From: Thermodesulfobacteriota bacterium
Lineage (GTDB): Bacteria; Desulfobacterota_D; UBA1144; Nemesobacterales; JAJCZQ01
Direction: 5' to 3'
Assembly (NCBI GenBank): GCA_965215275.1
Contig: OZ244044.1
Coordinates: 1,504,001 to 1,568,000 of the forward strand
DNA: 64,000 nucleotides
The position numbers and the translations under genes are program-made. The notes below the pieces were generated by a model. That model made no database searches, was not told the DNA's origin, and worked only from the letters and a program-made list of their open reading frames with translations. Positions 9,701 to 18,994 of the stretch are shown here, piece by piece (position 1 is the stretch's first letter; every line of letters starts with the position of its first letter).

Positions 9701-10996
9701 TCAGATATCTTCTATTCTTATAAACAAGGTCTCTGCTTTTGTTAAGTTTTCCTGCTTTTCTATTCTTTTCAGTGCACCGATGAGATTTTTTTCTTTTGTT
9801 TCCTGTGTCATTAGTATTACTGGTACGGACCTGTTCTTTTTCTTTCGTTGTATTACGGATTCTATACTGATATTGAACTTTCCAAGTATGCTGGTTATCA
9901 GTCCCATGGTGCCGGGTTTGTCCGTTACTTCGAAACGAAGGTAGTATTTTTTAGTTGTTTCCTTAACGTCGATGAGCTTTATTTTTTCTTTTTGGGAGTA
10001 GAGATTTGGCACTAAATGGTCGTTTGAGAAATGATGATCGTTGGCTATCTCTATAAGGTCACCTACGACCGCACTTGCCGTTGGCATCATTCCAGCACCC
10101 ATTCCGTAAAGCATTGTGGGACCCACGGGGTCGCCAATGACGTATATAGCGTTAAATGCTTCCTTAACGTCGGCAAGCTGGGTCGTTTTTCTGACCAAAG
10201 CAGGATAGACCCCAGCTTCAATCCCTCCCTTGAGTTTTTTGGCTATCCCGAGCAGTTTGATCTTGTAACCAAGTTCGTCTGCGAACGATATATCAACAGG
10301 GTGTATTTTTTTAATACCTTCAACGTAGTACTTGTCAAAGTTAAAGAACTTACCCCAGCAAAGCATTATAAGTATCGATAGTTTGTGAGCGGCGTCTATT
10401 CCATCAATATCGAACGTCGGGTCTTTTTCTGCGTAACCTTCTGCCTGAGCCTGTTTCAGGACCGTCCGGAACTGGCTTCCCTCTTCGGTCATTTTATCAA
10501 GAATATAGTTAGACGTTCCGTTCATTATTCCGTGTATGGAAAGAACGTTGTTTGCCGCGTAGCACTCCATTGCGGATTTAATTATAGGTATTCCTCCTCC
10601 TACGCTTGCTTCAAAACCTACTGCCAGTCCTTTTTGTGACGCCAGATAAAAGATCTCTTTTCCATGATGTGCAAGGAGCGCCTTGTTCGCAGTAACGACG
10701 TGTTTGCCAGCTTTTAAAGAATCGATCACGAAGTTCTTTGCGACCGTGGTTCCGCCAACGAGTTCTATTACTACGTTGATAGCTGGATCGTTTATAATTT
10801 CGTAGGCATCTTTTGTGAACAGGTTCTCCGGTATTTTTACGGCTCTTTTCCGTTTAGGGTCAATGTCTGCGACCTTGACCAGTTTTAAATTAAAAGGTCT
10901 TCTTTTTTTTATAAGTCCCAGATTATTTTTAAGCACTTTATACACGCCAGTGCCTACAGTACCAGCCCCTATCAGTCCCACGTTTATCGGATCCAT
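9701..10996 (-). CDS. hom: Homoserine dehydrogenase with C-terminal ACT domain
   Basis: GAGTVGTG, HVVTANKA, FEASVGGGIP, GIMNGTSNYIL. Confidence 0.96.
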   Translation of the reverse strand: MDPINVGLIGAGTVGTGVYKVLKNNLGLIKKRRPFNLKLVKVADIDPKRKRAVKIPENLFTKDAYEIINDPAINVVIELVGGTTVAKNFVIDSLKAGKHVVTANKALLAHHGKEIFYLASQKGLAVGFEASVGGGIPIIKSAMECYAANNVLSIHGIMNGTSNYILDKMTEEGSQFRTVLKQAQAEGYAEKDPTFDIDGIDAAHKLSILIMLCWGKFFNFDKYYVEGIKKIHPVDISFADELGYKIKLLGIAKKLKGGIEAGVYPALVRKTTQLADVKEAFNAIYVIGDPVGPTMLYGMGAGMMPTASAVVGDLIEIANDHHFSNDHLVPNLYSQKEKIKLIDVKETTKKYYLRFEVTDKPGTMGLITSILGKFNISIESVIQRKKKNRSVPVILMTQETKEKNLIGALKRIEKQENLTKAETLFIRIEDI

Positions 10997-11148
10997 CAGT
11001 AACTCCTTAAATTTTCTATGAATTTGATATTATACATAAGTTCCCAAGGTTTTGTCAGAACCGTGAAAGTCCTTTGATCTTTAAGAGTAAACGGTACCTT
11101 TACGTTTGACATCGATCTTATTAGTTCTTAACCTTAATATTTCTGTAC

Positions 11149-11221
11149 GGGGCTGTAGCTCAGTTGGGAGAGCGCATGAATGGCATTCATGAGGTCGAGG
11201 GTTCGAATCCCTTCAGCTCCA
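11149..11221 (+). tRNA. tRNA-Ala(GGC), CCA not encoded
   Basis: GGGGCTGTAGCTCAGTTGGGAGAGCG-CATGAA-TGGCA-TTCATG...GGTTCGAATCC-CTTCAGCTCCA cloverleaf; G3:U70 pair. Confidence 0.96.
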
Positions 11222-11642
11222 CAAAAAAGGCAACTGACAAATCCCTGAAGACTTCGATTTCAAGGTTTTTTCTAAAAAATTGTATTCTTCTTGTCTTTTG
11301 TGAAGTTGATATTGGAATCCAAAACCATTTCATACACTAAATATAGACTTCTTAACGGCCGACAATGATTTTTCGCAAAGTGTTTTTTTTAAACCTTTGC
11401 AGACGGGAAGACTGGATTAGGAACTTACGATAAAAGCAGAGTGGAACAAGTTAGATAAAGCGGTAATATCATTCCTTAATACAAGGTACAGTTTCATAAA
11501 AAACCGCCTAAACTAATAAGAGAACAGTTGGATCAGCGGTTTAACCTGACTGTAAATTCAAAGGGTAAGCCATCTGTTAAAAAAGCTAAATACTAAAGAA
11601 AGCTAAAGTATTTTGTCAACTTTCCTAAATAATTTCCCCTTT

Positions 11643-11867
11643 TTAATATTCAAATTTATAGACATACCATTTTTTACGCTTTGGATTACCTCCACCATGA
11701 TGAGACTTACACCTATATTTTTGAGCCAGTTTATCTTCTTTATTTTGAGCTAAGGACTTTGAACCATAGGGTATGGATATTTTCCAATTCCGTAAATTAG
11801 GATACTTTCTTTCCCATTCTCGTCTTCTTCTTTTTGGTTCTGTGGTTATTCCTACTCTGCAAGCCAT
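11643..11867 (-). CDS. Small basic hypothetical protein, weakly GIY-YIG-like
   Basis: 74-aa ORF with strong RBS (AAGGAG); VGITTEPxxR motif. Confidence 0.6.
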   Translation of the reverse strand: MACRVGITTEPKRRRREWERKYPNLRNWKISIPYGSKSLAQNKEDKLAQKYRCKSHHGGGNPKRKKWYVYKFEY

Positions 11868-12060
11868 ATTAAAACTCCTTTCCTTAAAATAAAGATCAGT
11901 CTTGTCCCCTTCAGTTGTGTCGTAAATTCATAAATAGAAGAGTGCATTCTCTATTTCTTTAAAGATAATGAAAAATCCCCGTTTGTTAAGTTATTTTTAT
12001 AATTCCTAAAAACTTTAGGGGACTATCTACTTAAGTATCCCAAATTAAAAAAATAGTTAT

Positions 12061-12234
12061 TTATTTTTTTGGAACTCCTGTCTGAAATCCTCGTATATTT
12101 TCCTGAATATCCGATGTGTCATCTTTCCTTTGTTTTCTTATCTTTTTAACAGGTTTAACAGGAGAGACAACAGCTTTTACTATATCATCAAAAGAACCTG
12201 GTATATGTGGAATTATCTTTTGCTTTCTACCCAT
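12061..12234 (-). CDS. 57-aa basic microprotein of the IS1595 element (not in the ORF track)
   Basis: MGRKQKIIPHIPGSFDDIVKAVVSPVKPVKKIRKQ...; homolog at the same position in the second element. Confidence 0.7.
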   Translation of the reverse strand: MGRKQKIIPHIPGSFDDIVKAVVSPVKPVKKIRKQRKDDTSDIQENIRGFQTGVPKK

Positions 12235-12254
12235 TGGATTATTTTTTCTATTCG

Positions 12255-12857
12255 TTATTTTAGTTCTAGAAACCTACTTATAGCTCTGTCAAAAACATTT
12301 TTTATATCTCTATATGTCCATACAGTTACCATATCAGCATGTTCTGCTGTAGTAGTCCATTTTCTATGTGTTGGATTTTCACGTGTCGGAACAGGAGTAA
12401 GAGTCTTGCCTCTGCGTGGATTATCTATATAATCCTTTATATCTTTTTTTGTCTTTAGTGATAATTGAATAGTAGTAGGTGTAATTCCTAAAAAGATTAT
12501 AAAAGCATAATTATAATTTACTGGTATCCAATTAAATTGATATTTTCGTTTACTATCTAATGAAGCAAGTTTAACTTCTACCCTCTCTGGTGAAGTATTA
12601 TCTTTAAGAGTAACAAGTAAATCTGTATTATTACCGCCTCTTTGTCTTTGTCTACCTACAAATTTATTAACATAACCAAATTTAGACAGCCAATCACTTA
12701 CGATCTTCTCTCCAAAATCTCCTTTTTTAGGATTAGTAATCCGTTGTATATCACCATATGTTCGGTTTTCCCAAACTTGAACTATGCTATCAGATTCCGC
12801 TACTTCTTTTAAAATTTTTATAACATCATTTTGTATTTCTTTATCAAGAAATAACAT
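12255..12857 (-). CDS. Putative type II restriction endonuclease, PD-(D/E)XK fold
   Basis: KGDFGE...TDLLV...EVKLA motif pattern; directly downstream of an MTase. Confidence 0.7.
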   Translation of the reverse strand: MLFLDKEIQNDVIKILKEVAESDSIVQVWENRTYGDIQRITNPKKGDFGEKIVSDWLSKFGYVNKFVGRQRQRGGNNTDLLVTLKDNTSPERVEVKLASLDSKRKYQFNWIPVNYNYAFIIFLGITPTTIQLSLKTKKDIKDYIDNPRRGKTLTPVPTRENPTHRKWTTTAEHADMVTVWTYRDIKNVFDRAISRFLELK

Positions 12858-12865
12858 GTGAGTAT

Positions 12866-14011
12866 TTAATCCATAAATCCAACTTTAATCAACTCATCAT
12901 AAATAATATCTTTTCTTAAACTTCTACTGTTATTTGTAGATGTATGAACTACACTTGCCCAATCATGATTTTTGATAAACTTAAAAACACTTTTCTTTTT
13001 TCTTTTTATTACAATACCATAACCGTCATTGTAAGGTATATCGTAAAAATCCGTTGTGGCTACAGCGGTTTCTCTAGCCCAGAAAGTTCTGGGTAAATAT
13101 ATATCACACTTACCTATCATATTCATACGAGATGGAAAACGAGAAGGTTTGTATGGAATACAGATGTTATAAATATCTACATAAGTCCTACAAGACTTTT
13201 CATTTACAGGTTTATATGAAGAAGGAGTAGATTTTGCCCAAACTTGAAATACGGTTTTAACATTAATTTCTTCTCCATTAGGAAAAATAAAAGGATTATC
13301 GTTAAGTGTTTCTGTATGTAATAATATATATCCCATTTTTATCAATCTGTTTTTGCACGAACCTTTGCCAGTACTATCAAATATTGGAGGAAGTATAAAA
13401 GCTACATAGTCAGCAAATTCAAAAGATTTGACTACAAAATCCAAAGCGATCTTACCGTTTCTGCCAAAAGGAGGATTACCTATAACCACATATTTACCAG
13501 CAGGAGGTTGCCAAGTTAAAAAATCAGCTTGGATAATACCATCAATTAACTTATCAGTAAGTGGGGACTTTTTAGGTTGTATTTCAATCCCTAACCGATT
13601 ATTTTCGGGTAATAGAGAATAAAAATGACCACAACCTGCACTAGGCTCTACAAATGTATAATCTGAAATATCTATATTATATTTATCTAATGTTTTGTAA
13701 AATCTATTTATACAACTTTTAGCTACATCTGGCATTGTGTAGTATTGGTCAGCTTGTTTAATTCCAAGATTATACTCTCCATTTAAATTCAATATCCTTA
13801 ATAGATCGTTTCTATAAAAATCAGGAACTTGTTTTATTCTATCCCATCTGTCCACTGTTCCTTTATGAACAAGTAATAAATCGGCAATTTCTCTATTGCT
13901 TTTACTTTTTTGTAAATGAGCAAAAAGAGATAGTTCATCCATATTACTTGTTTGATATTCATCAAATATACTATCTGGAGTTGTATAAAATATTTCTTCT
14001 AAAGGTAACAT
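12866..14011 (-). CDS. Amino (N6-adenine-type) DNA methyltransferase, gamma motif order, with N-terminal HTH-like segment
   Basis: DQYYT, FVEPSAGCG (motif I), VIGNPPFG (motif IV); SNREIADLLLVHKGTVDRW HTH-like. Confidence 0.85.
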   Translation of the reverse strand: MLPLEEIFYTTPDSIFDEYQTSNMDELSLFAHLQKSKSNREIADLLLVHKGTVDRWDRIKQVPDFYRNDLLRILNLNGEYNLGIKQADQYYTMPDVAKSCINRFYKTLDKYNIDISDYTFVEPSAGCGHFYSLLPENNRLGIEIQPKKSPLTDKLIDGIIQADFLTWQPPAGKYVVIGNPPFGRNGKIALDFVVKSFEFADYVAFILPPIFDSTGKGSCKNRLIKMGYILLHTETLNDNPFIFPNGEEINVKTVFQVWAKSTPSSYKPVNEKSCRTYVDIYNICIPYKPSRFPSRMNMIGKCDIYLPRTFWARETAVATTDFYDIPYNDGYGIVIKRKKKSVFKFIKNHDWASVVHTSTNNSRSLRKDIIYDELIKVGFMD

Positions 14012-14012
14012 T

Positions 14013-14993
14013 TTAACCTATTAACTCCTTATATTTTAATCTTTTACCTTCCAATCTTTTACCTTCCAATCTTTTACCTTCCAATCTTTTAATAACCTTT
14101 TTAATCTGATCCATAGTAGGTAAAGGTCTGTTATTATGCCTTCCAGCATATTCATCTACATAGCGTTGTAGATGTTTCCTGCTCATGAAGTGGTATATCC
14201 CAGTATACCCTCTTTTAAGCATAGACCAGAAACTTTCCATCCCGTTGGTATGTGCCTGTTCCCTGATATATTCACCTACTCCATGATTAACTGTCTTGTG
14301 TTTATACCCTTTCTTGTTCAGTCCACTATACCCTCTGTTCTCGTCTGTATAAATAGTTGATTCAGCATCTACAGTTTTATCTATCAAACCTTCTAATGTT
14401 TTACTATCTACAACTTCAGTTACCTTTGCTTTTACCTTCTTATCTATCCTTGATTTAATACCTACTACTGCAGATTTAGTTTTAGTGCTTCTGCCTTGAG
14501 TCCCTTTAGTTCTATTGGATTGGTGCTTGTTCCTTTCAAGTCCACCAACATAGGTCTCATCAACTTCTACAGGAGATAACAACGGATTATCTGACTGCTC
14601 ATCAAACGATTCTCGTATCCTGTGACCCAAGAACCATGCTGTCTTCTGCGTTACCTCTACATCACTTGAAAGTTTTAAACTTGAAATTCCTTTAAGATTG
14701 GTATTCAGCAAGTAAATAGCCATTAGCCATTTATGAAGTGATATCTTGCTTTTGGCTAATACTGTGTTTGTTCTCACGCTGAAATACTTACGGCAATCTC
14801 TGCATCTGTAAGGCATCGTAGGATGTTTTATTTCTATTGTATTAAAACTTCCACAGTGAGAGCAGTATCTATCCTTACCATCTTTACCCCACTTCTGCTC
14901 CTCAAAACACTTTCTTGCTAATCCCTCATCTGGAAACATTTTAAAAAACTCATACAAACTAACTTTATCTTGTTTCGTTCTTTTTCTCATCAT
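14013..14993 (-). CDS. IS1595-family DDE transposase
   Basis: CSHC/CRDC zinc ribbon, HTH (QKTAWFLGHRIR), VEVDETYVGG, IYTDE, HTNGMESFWSMLKRG, HLQRYVDE. Confidence 0.95.
   Translation of the reverse strand: MMRKRTKQDKVSLYEFFKMFPDEGLARKCFEEQKWGKDGKDRYCSHCGSFNTIEIKHPTMPYRCRDCRKYFSVRTNTVLAKSKISLHKWLMAIYLLNTNLKGISSLKLSSDVEVTQKTAWFLGHRIRESFDEQSDNPLLSPVEVDETYVGGLERNKHQSNRTKGTQGRSTKTKSAVVGIKSRIDKKVKAKVTEVVDSKTLEGLIDKTVDAESTIYTDENRGYSGLNKKGYKHKTVNHGVGEYIREQAHTNGMESFWSMLKRGYTGIYHFMSRKHLQRYVDEYAGRHNNRPLPTMDQIKKVIKRLEGKRLEGKRLEGKRLKYKELIG
14038..14091. repeat. 15-bp tandem repeat (~3.6 copies) encoding KRLEG x3 at the transposase C-terminus
   Basis: AATCTTTTACCTTCC three times plus partial AATCTTTTA. 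Confidence 0.9.
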
Positions 14994-15170
14994 GGATATT
15001 ATACTACCATATATTATTAGTTTTTACAAGTAACTAATTTGAAAGTTTGGATACTTAAGTATATAGTCCCCAAACTTTATAGATAGCTGAGAATGAATTA
15101 ATGTTTTTTTCAATGAGTTTTAAACAGCTTCTGATTTGTCAAAATGACTTATACCACTTGTTAGTTTTTA

Positions 15171-16277
15171 CTAAACTAATATCGCTCTTGCGGTTTGTTG
15201 CTTAACAGGGAAAACGATCTCTTTTTTTTCATTCTGCCACTGAGTGAGCAACATTTTATGTCCGACCTGTAAGCCGGATACTGGCTCAATTTCAAAATTA
15301 CCATAAAAGGTGCAGAACCTGGAATTAGTTACCTTGTACATCAAAACTTCTTCATCAACTGTACCTGTCTCCATAATGAAATTTTCCAGTATTATCCCGA
15401 TATTGAATGACTGTGCCGAAACATAATCGGGGGTCTCGTGGAATTTTTTCCTGTATAGATCAGTAAACTGTCTTGACGTTAACCCGAAGTCGATTTTATG
15501 CTCAACTACTGGTTCCCACTGTGTGACAGAAAAAAATCCTTCAGTTTCTTTTTGCAAGCGATTTTTAAATTCTTCAATTCCTGCTGCTACAAGGCATGAG
15601 CAAAACCCTTTAAGATGCTTTGAAAAGACCAAGTCGTCCTCAAAACGTCCCACTCCCAATACATATTTTATATTTTGCTCTCTAATCCGTTTTACAATAT
15701 CAATGAAGTCTTCCTTTCCACTTCTGTATTTAAAGGTTTGATAATTTATTCCAAGTAGCTTACAAACGTTAACAGCACCTTTTGCGACCTTGGTTGAAAA
15801 GCCACTGTCTTGTGCAAAAACGATTGCTACTGTTTTTATATTTTTATCCCGTTGGTTAATGAAATTAAGGAACGGTTCGAAATAACGACTTGCCAGAGTT
15901 ATTGCCGAGATGACTTTTTTGAACCCGCGACTTGCTATCTCGTCAGATGAACCACCGTAGTTCCAAAGCACCCTATTGTAAAGGTCAGACATTTCAGCAG
16001 CGGCAATGGTCAAGGTGCTTGAGTATGGTCCGAGAAGTATATCAACCTTATCTTCAAGAATTAGTTTTTTGGTAATGTATCTGGTATTGTCAGGGCTGCT
16101 TTCGTCATCGTAGTATATAAGCTGAATTGGAATTTTTTTTGTGTGACTTTCCAACAATATACCACCTGAGCGATTTGTGTTTTCCACCCACAGGTCCAGA
16201 CCGTTGAACGATCTTTTACCCTGTATGGCGTATTTGCCAGATAAGGTTACGGGTAAACCCACCCGAATTTTATTCAT
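15171..16277 (-). CDS. Branched-chain amino-acid ABC-type substrate-binding-fold protein (LivJ-like), no obvious signal peptide
   Basis: IRVGLPVTLSGKYA, LIYYDDES, VDILLGPYSS. Confidence 0.8.
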   Translation of the reverse strand: MNKIRVGLPVTLSGKYAIQGKRSFNGLDLWVENTNRSGGILLESHTKKIPIQLIYYDDESSPDNTRYITKKLILEDKVDILLGPYSSTLTIAAAEMSDLYNRVLWNYGGSSDEIASRGFKKVISAITLASRYFEPFLNFINQRDKNIKTVAIVFAQDSGFSTKVAKGAVNVCKLLGINYQTFKYRSGKEDFIDIVKRIREQNIKYVLGVGRFEDDLVFSKHLKGFCSCLVAAGIEEFKNRLQKETEGFFSVTQWEPVVEHKIDFGLTSRQFTDLYRKKFHETPDYVSAQSFNIGIILENFIMETGTVDEEVLMYKVTNSRFCTFYGNFEIEPVSGLQVGHKMLLTQWQNEKKEIVFPVKQQTARAILV

Positions 16278-16278
16278 T

Positions 16279-17472
16279 TTATGAAAGCAGGCTGACCGCT
16301 TCTTCTATTCTGTCCATGCCTTCTTCAATGTTTTTAAGTGAAGTGGCATAGGATATTCTCAGGAAGTTTTCCTTGCCGAACGCTATACCGGGAACCACGG
16401 CAACTCTGGCGGCTTCCAGTAAGAACTCCGTGAAATCTATTGAGTTGTTTATTGTCATTTCCTTGTATCGTCTGCCGATAAAACCCTCTATGCTTGGAAA
16501 GACATAAAAAGCACCAAGTGGATCAAAACATTGAAAACCCTCTATATTATTAAGCCTCGTGACGATATAGTTTTTTCGGCGCTGGAACTCCTTTGTTCTG
16601 TCCTCTACGACCTTTTGCGACCCGTTAAGCGCTTCTACTGCTGCCATCTGTGCGATCGACGTGGGATTGGAGGTTGATTGACCCTGAAGTTTGGACATTG
16701 CCGATATTACGTCTTTATCTCCTGCCGCGTAACCTATGCGCCACCCGGTCATGGCGTAGGATTTCGATACGCCGTTTACAAGTATCGTGGATTTTTTCGC
16801 TTCTTCGCTGATAGTGGCGATCGGTGTGTGTTTTATATCGTTGTAAACTATTTTTTCATAGATCTCATCGGAAATTATCGTAAGGTTATTTTCAAGGCAT
16901 ATATCGGATATTACCTCTATCTCGTCCTTGTTGTAAGTGGAACCGGTGGGGTTGTTGGGATAGTTCAGGATGATCGCTTTTGTTTTTTTACTGATCTTCT
17001 TTTTCAGGTCTTCCGGCCTGATCTTGAATTTATTGTCCACGGAGGTTTCCAGAATTACCGGATTGGCTCCGGCAAGGAGTATCTGATCGGGATAGGAGAC
17101 CCAGTAGGGTGATGGAACTATTACCTCATCTCCCCCTTCAAACAGTGCCAGTGAAAGGTTGTACAGTACGTGTTTTGCTCCGCACGATACCGTAATTTCC
17201 TCTTTTTTATACACAAGACCGTGTTCATTCTTTAAGCGGTTGATAACTGCTTCCTTTAACTCGTCGATCCCTCCAACGGCCGTGTATTTTGTAAAACCGT
17301 TCTGAATTGCCCTGATAGCTTCTTCCTTTACATTGTGAGGCGTATCAAAATCCGGTTCACCGGCGCCAAATCCTATAACGTCTATTCCTTCCGATCTCAT
17401 TTGTTTGACTTTTGTCGTTGTGGAAAGCGTTGCCGATGGTTTAAGTTCCATAACTCTTTTTGAAAGTTTCAT
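16279..17472 (-). CDS. aspC: Aspartate aminotransferase (class I PLP enzyme)
   Basis: GAGEPDFDTP, NYPNNPTG, SDEIYE, GVSKSYAMTGWRIGY. Confidence 0.88.
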   Translation of the reverse strand: MKLSKRVMELKPSATLSTTTKVKQMRSEGIDVIGFGAGEPDFDTPHNVKEEAIRAIQNGFTKYTAVGGIDELKEAVINRLKNEHGLVYKKEEITVSCGAKHVLYNLSLALFEGGDEVIVPSPYWVSYPDQILLAGANPVILETSVDNKFKIRPEDLKKKISKKTKAIILNYPNNPTGSTYNKDEIEVISDICLENNLTIISDEIYEKIVYNDIKHTPIATISEEAKKSTILVNGVSKSYAMTGWRIGYAAGDKDVISAMSKLQGQSTSNPTSIAQMAAVEALNGSQKVVEDRTKEFQRRKNYIVTRLNNIEGFQCFDPLGAFYVFPSIEGFIGRRYKEMTINNSIDFTEFLLEAARVAVVPGIAFGKENFLRISYATSLKNIEEGMDRIEEAVSLLS

Positions 17473-17486
17473 TGTTTATATCCTTT

Positions 17487-17966
17487 TTATTGAAGTTTTT
17501 CTTTCAACTTTGCCTCTACTATATCAGGTACAAGGTGTTTAGCGGAACCTCCAAGCGTAATGATCTCTCTGATAAGTGATGAACTTATGTGTGAGAACTT
17601 GCTGTCGGTTACCATGAATACGGTTTCGATCGCGGAGCTCAAGGTCTTGTTCGCGTTTGCCATCTGCATTTCATATTCAAAGTCGGACACTGATCTCATA
17701 CCTCTCAGAACGATCCTGGTTCCCGCTCTTTCCACGTATTCAACCAGCAGGCCCTCGAAACTGTCCACCTGGACGTTTTCCTGACCTTTGAATATCTCCT
17801 TGATTATTGCAACTCTTTCATCAGTGGTGAAAGTTGTTTTCTTGGACACGTTACGAGCAACTGCAATTAGTGTCTTGTCAAAGATCCTGGATGCTCTTTC
17901 TATGATGTTCAGATGTCCTAAGGTGAACGGGTCAAAAGACCCGGGATATATTACGGTTTTTCCCAT
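17487..17966 (-). CDS. coaD: Phosphopantetheine adenylyltransferase
   Basis: YPGSFDPFTLGH, RGMRSVSDFEYE, ISSSLIREI. Confidence 0.97.
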   Translation of the reverse strand: MGKTVIYPGSFDPFTLGHLNIIERASRIFDKTLIAVARNVSKKTTFTTDERVAIIKEIFKGQENVQVDSFEGLLVEYVERAGTRIVLRGMRSVSDFEYEMQMANANKTLSSAIETVFMVTDSKFSHISSSLIREIITLGGSAKHLVPDIVEAKLKEKLQ

Positions 17967-18511
17967 TAATTTACGCTCCAGAAAAAACTGATATTTGTAC
18001 CACCGTAGTTTTTTGTATCAAGGATGAATTTCGGGTCTGAGTATTCAAACGACTGATCGTGTTCTACTACTACCGTTCCATGTTCGTTCAGCAGACGATC
18101 GATGTTCGATACAAGGTCAGGAACGTTTAAATTCCTGTACAGGTTATAGGGCGGGTCTATAAATATCAGGTCAAATTTCCTGTTTTCTCTGATAAGTTTT
18201 TTAACGGCTTTATTGAAGTCGTCAACGACCGTCTTGCTCAGCTTCTCAAATCCGCAGCTTTTGATGTTATCCCTCAGCGTTCTTGCCGTTGTTCTTTGCT
18301 TTTCAACGAAGGTTGCTTCAGATGCGTTCCTGCTCAGAGCTTCGATCCCGAGACTGCCTGATCCTGAGAACAGATCCAGCACAGAAAGACCTTCCAGGTT
18401 GCCAAGCCTGTCAAATATGGATTTCTTGACCCTGCTGGTGGTTGGTCTTATGCTTCCGTTCTTTGGTATTTTCAACTTTCTGCCTTTTGCCGTTCCCGTC
18501 TGAACTCTCAT
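17966..18511 (-). CDS. rsmD: 16S rRNA m2G966 methyltransferase
   Basis: RPTTSRVK, LDLFSGSGSLGIEALSR, FIDPPY; rsmD-coaD synteny. Confidence 0.92.
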   Translation of the reverse strand: MRVQTGTAKGRKLKIPKNGSIRPTTSRVKKSIFDRLGNLEGLSVLDLFSGSGSLGIEALSRNASEATFVEKQRTTARTLRDNIKSCGFEKLSKTVVDDFNKAVKKLIRENRKFDLIFIDPPYNLYRNLNVPDLVSNIDRLLNEHGTVVVEHDQSFEYSDPKFILDTKNYGGTNISFFWSVN

Positions 18512-18624
18512 CTCAACTTATATATCATAGCATATTTGTTTGGCAAAATGAGGCGATTATAAAAAGATGTTTTATGATTAACTTTTAGCTGTCTTGGGCA
18601 TATTAGCTATGTAATAATATACTT

Positions 18625-18864
18625 ATGCTAACTCTTGGTTTCAAAGGAAAATCAATCATTTATTCACACCACTTGACTGTTACTTCAAGAACAAATCGCT
18701 GAAAATACCTTACGCCGAAAGGCAATAATCCATCGCTTGACGATAATCTTCATGCTATCAGAGCTTTGCTACTGTGTTACACGGGGAAGATGAGTTGTAT
18801 ACATTAATATTCGTACAACACCTGCAACGAGGACTGGGTCTATAACGACAATGTGAACAGCTAA
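18625..18864 (+). pseudogene. Remnant of a type III R-M Mod (DNA methyltransferase) N-terminus
   Basis: Fragments MLTLGFKGKSIIYSHHLTV...SLDDNLHAIRALL..YTGKMSCIH*..YNTCNEDWVYNDNVNS* resemble the Mod N-terminus (GDNLxxLK...IDPPYNTGNxxWxYND), with deletions and stops. Confidence 0.65.
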
Positions 18865-18994
18865 GTTGCTGGATTAAAGATGATTACTGCGCAGAGAGAA
18901 CGGACCATTATAGTCAGTTCGATGATGTTTTCAAATGTCTGTTAAAAGATTGTAAAATAATAATAAAAGCCACAAATGGCCAAGGAGAATTATT

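Larger units (their letters stand above)
12018..15071 (-). mobile_element. IS1595-family transporter IS carrying an R-M system and a microprotein
   Basis: TIRs GGGGACTATCTACTTAAGTATCC and GGGGACTATATACTTAAGTATCC (22/23 match); 8-bp target duplication AAACTTTA at 12010-12017 and 15072-15079; AT-rich. Confidence 0.93.

Noticed and set aside
11200..15171. tRNA-Ala-anchored genomic island with an attR repeat
   Set aside because: No duplicate of the tRNA 3' end was found; the IS is explained by its own target duplication
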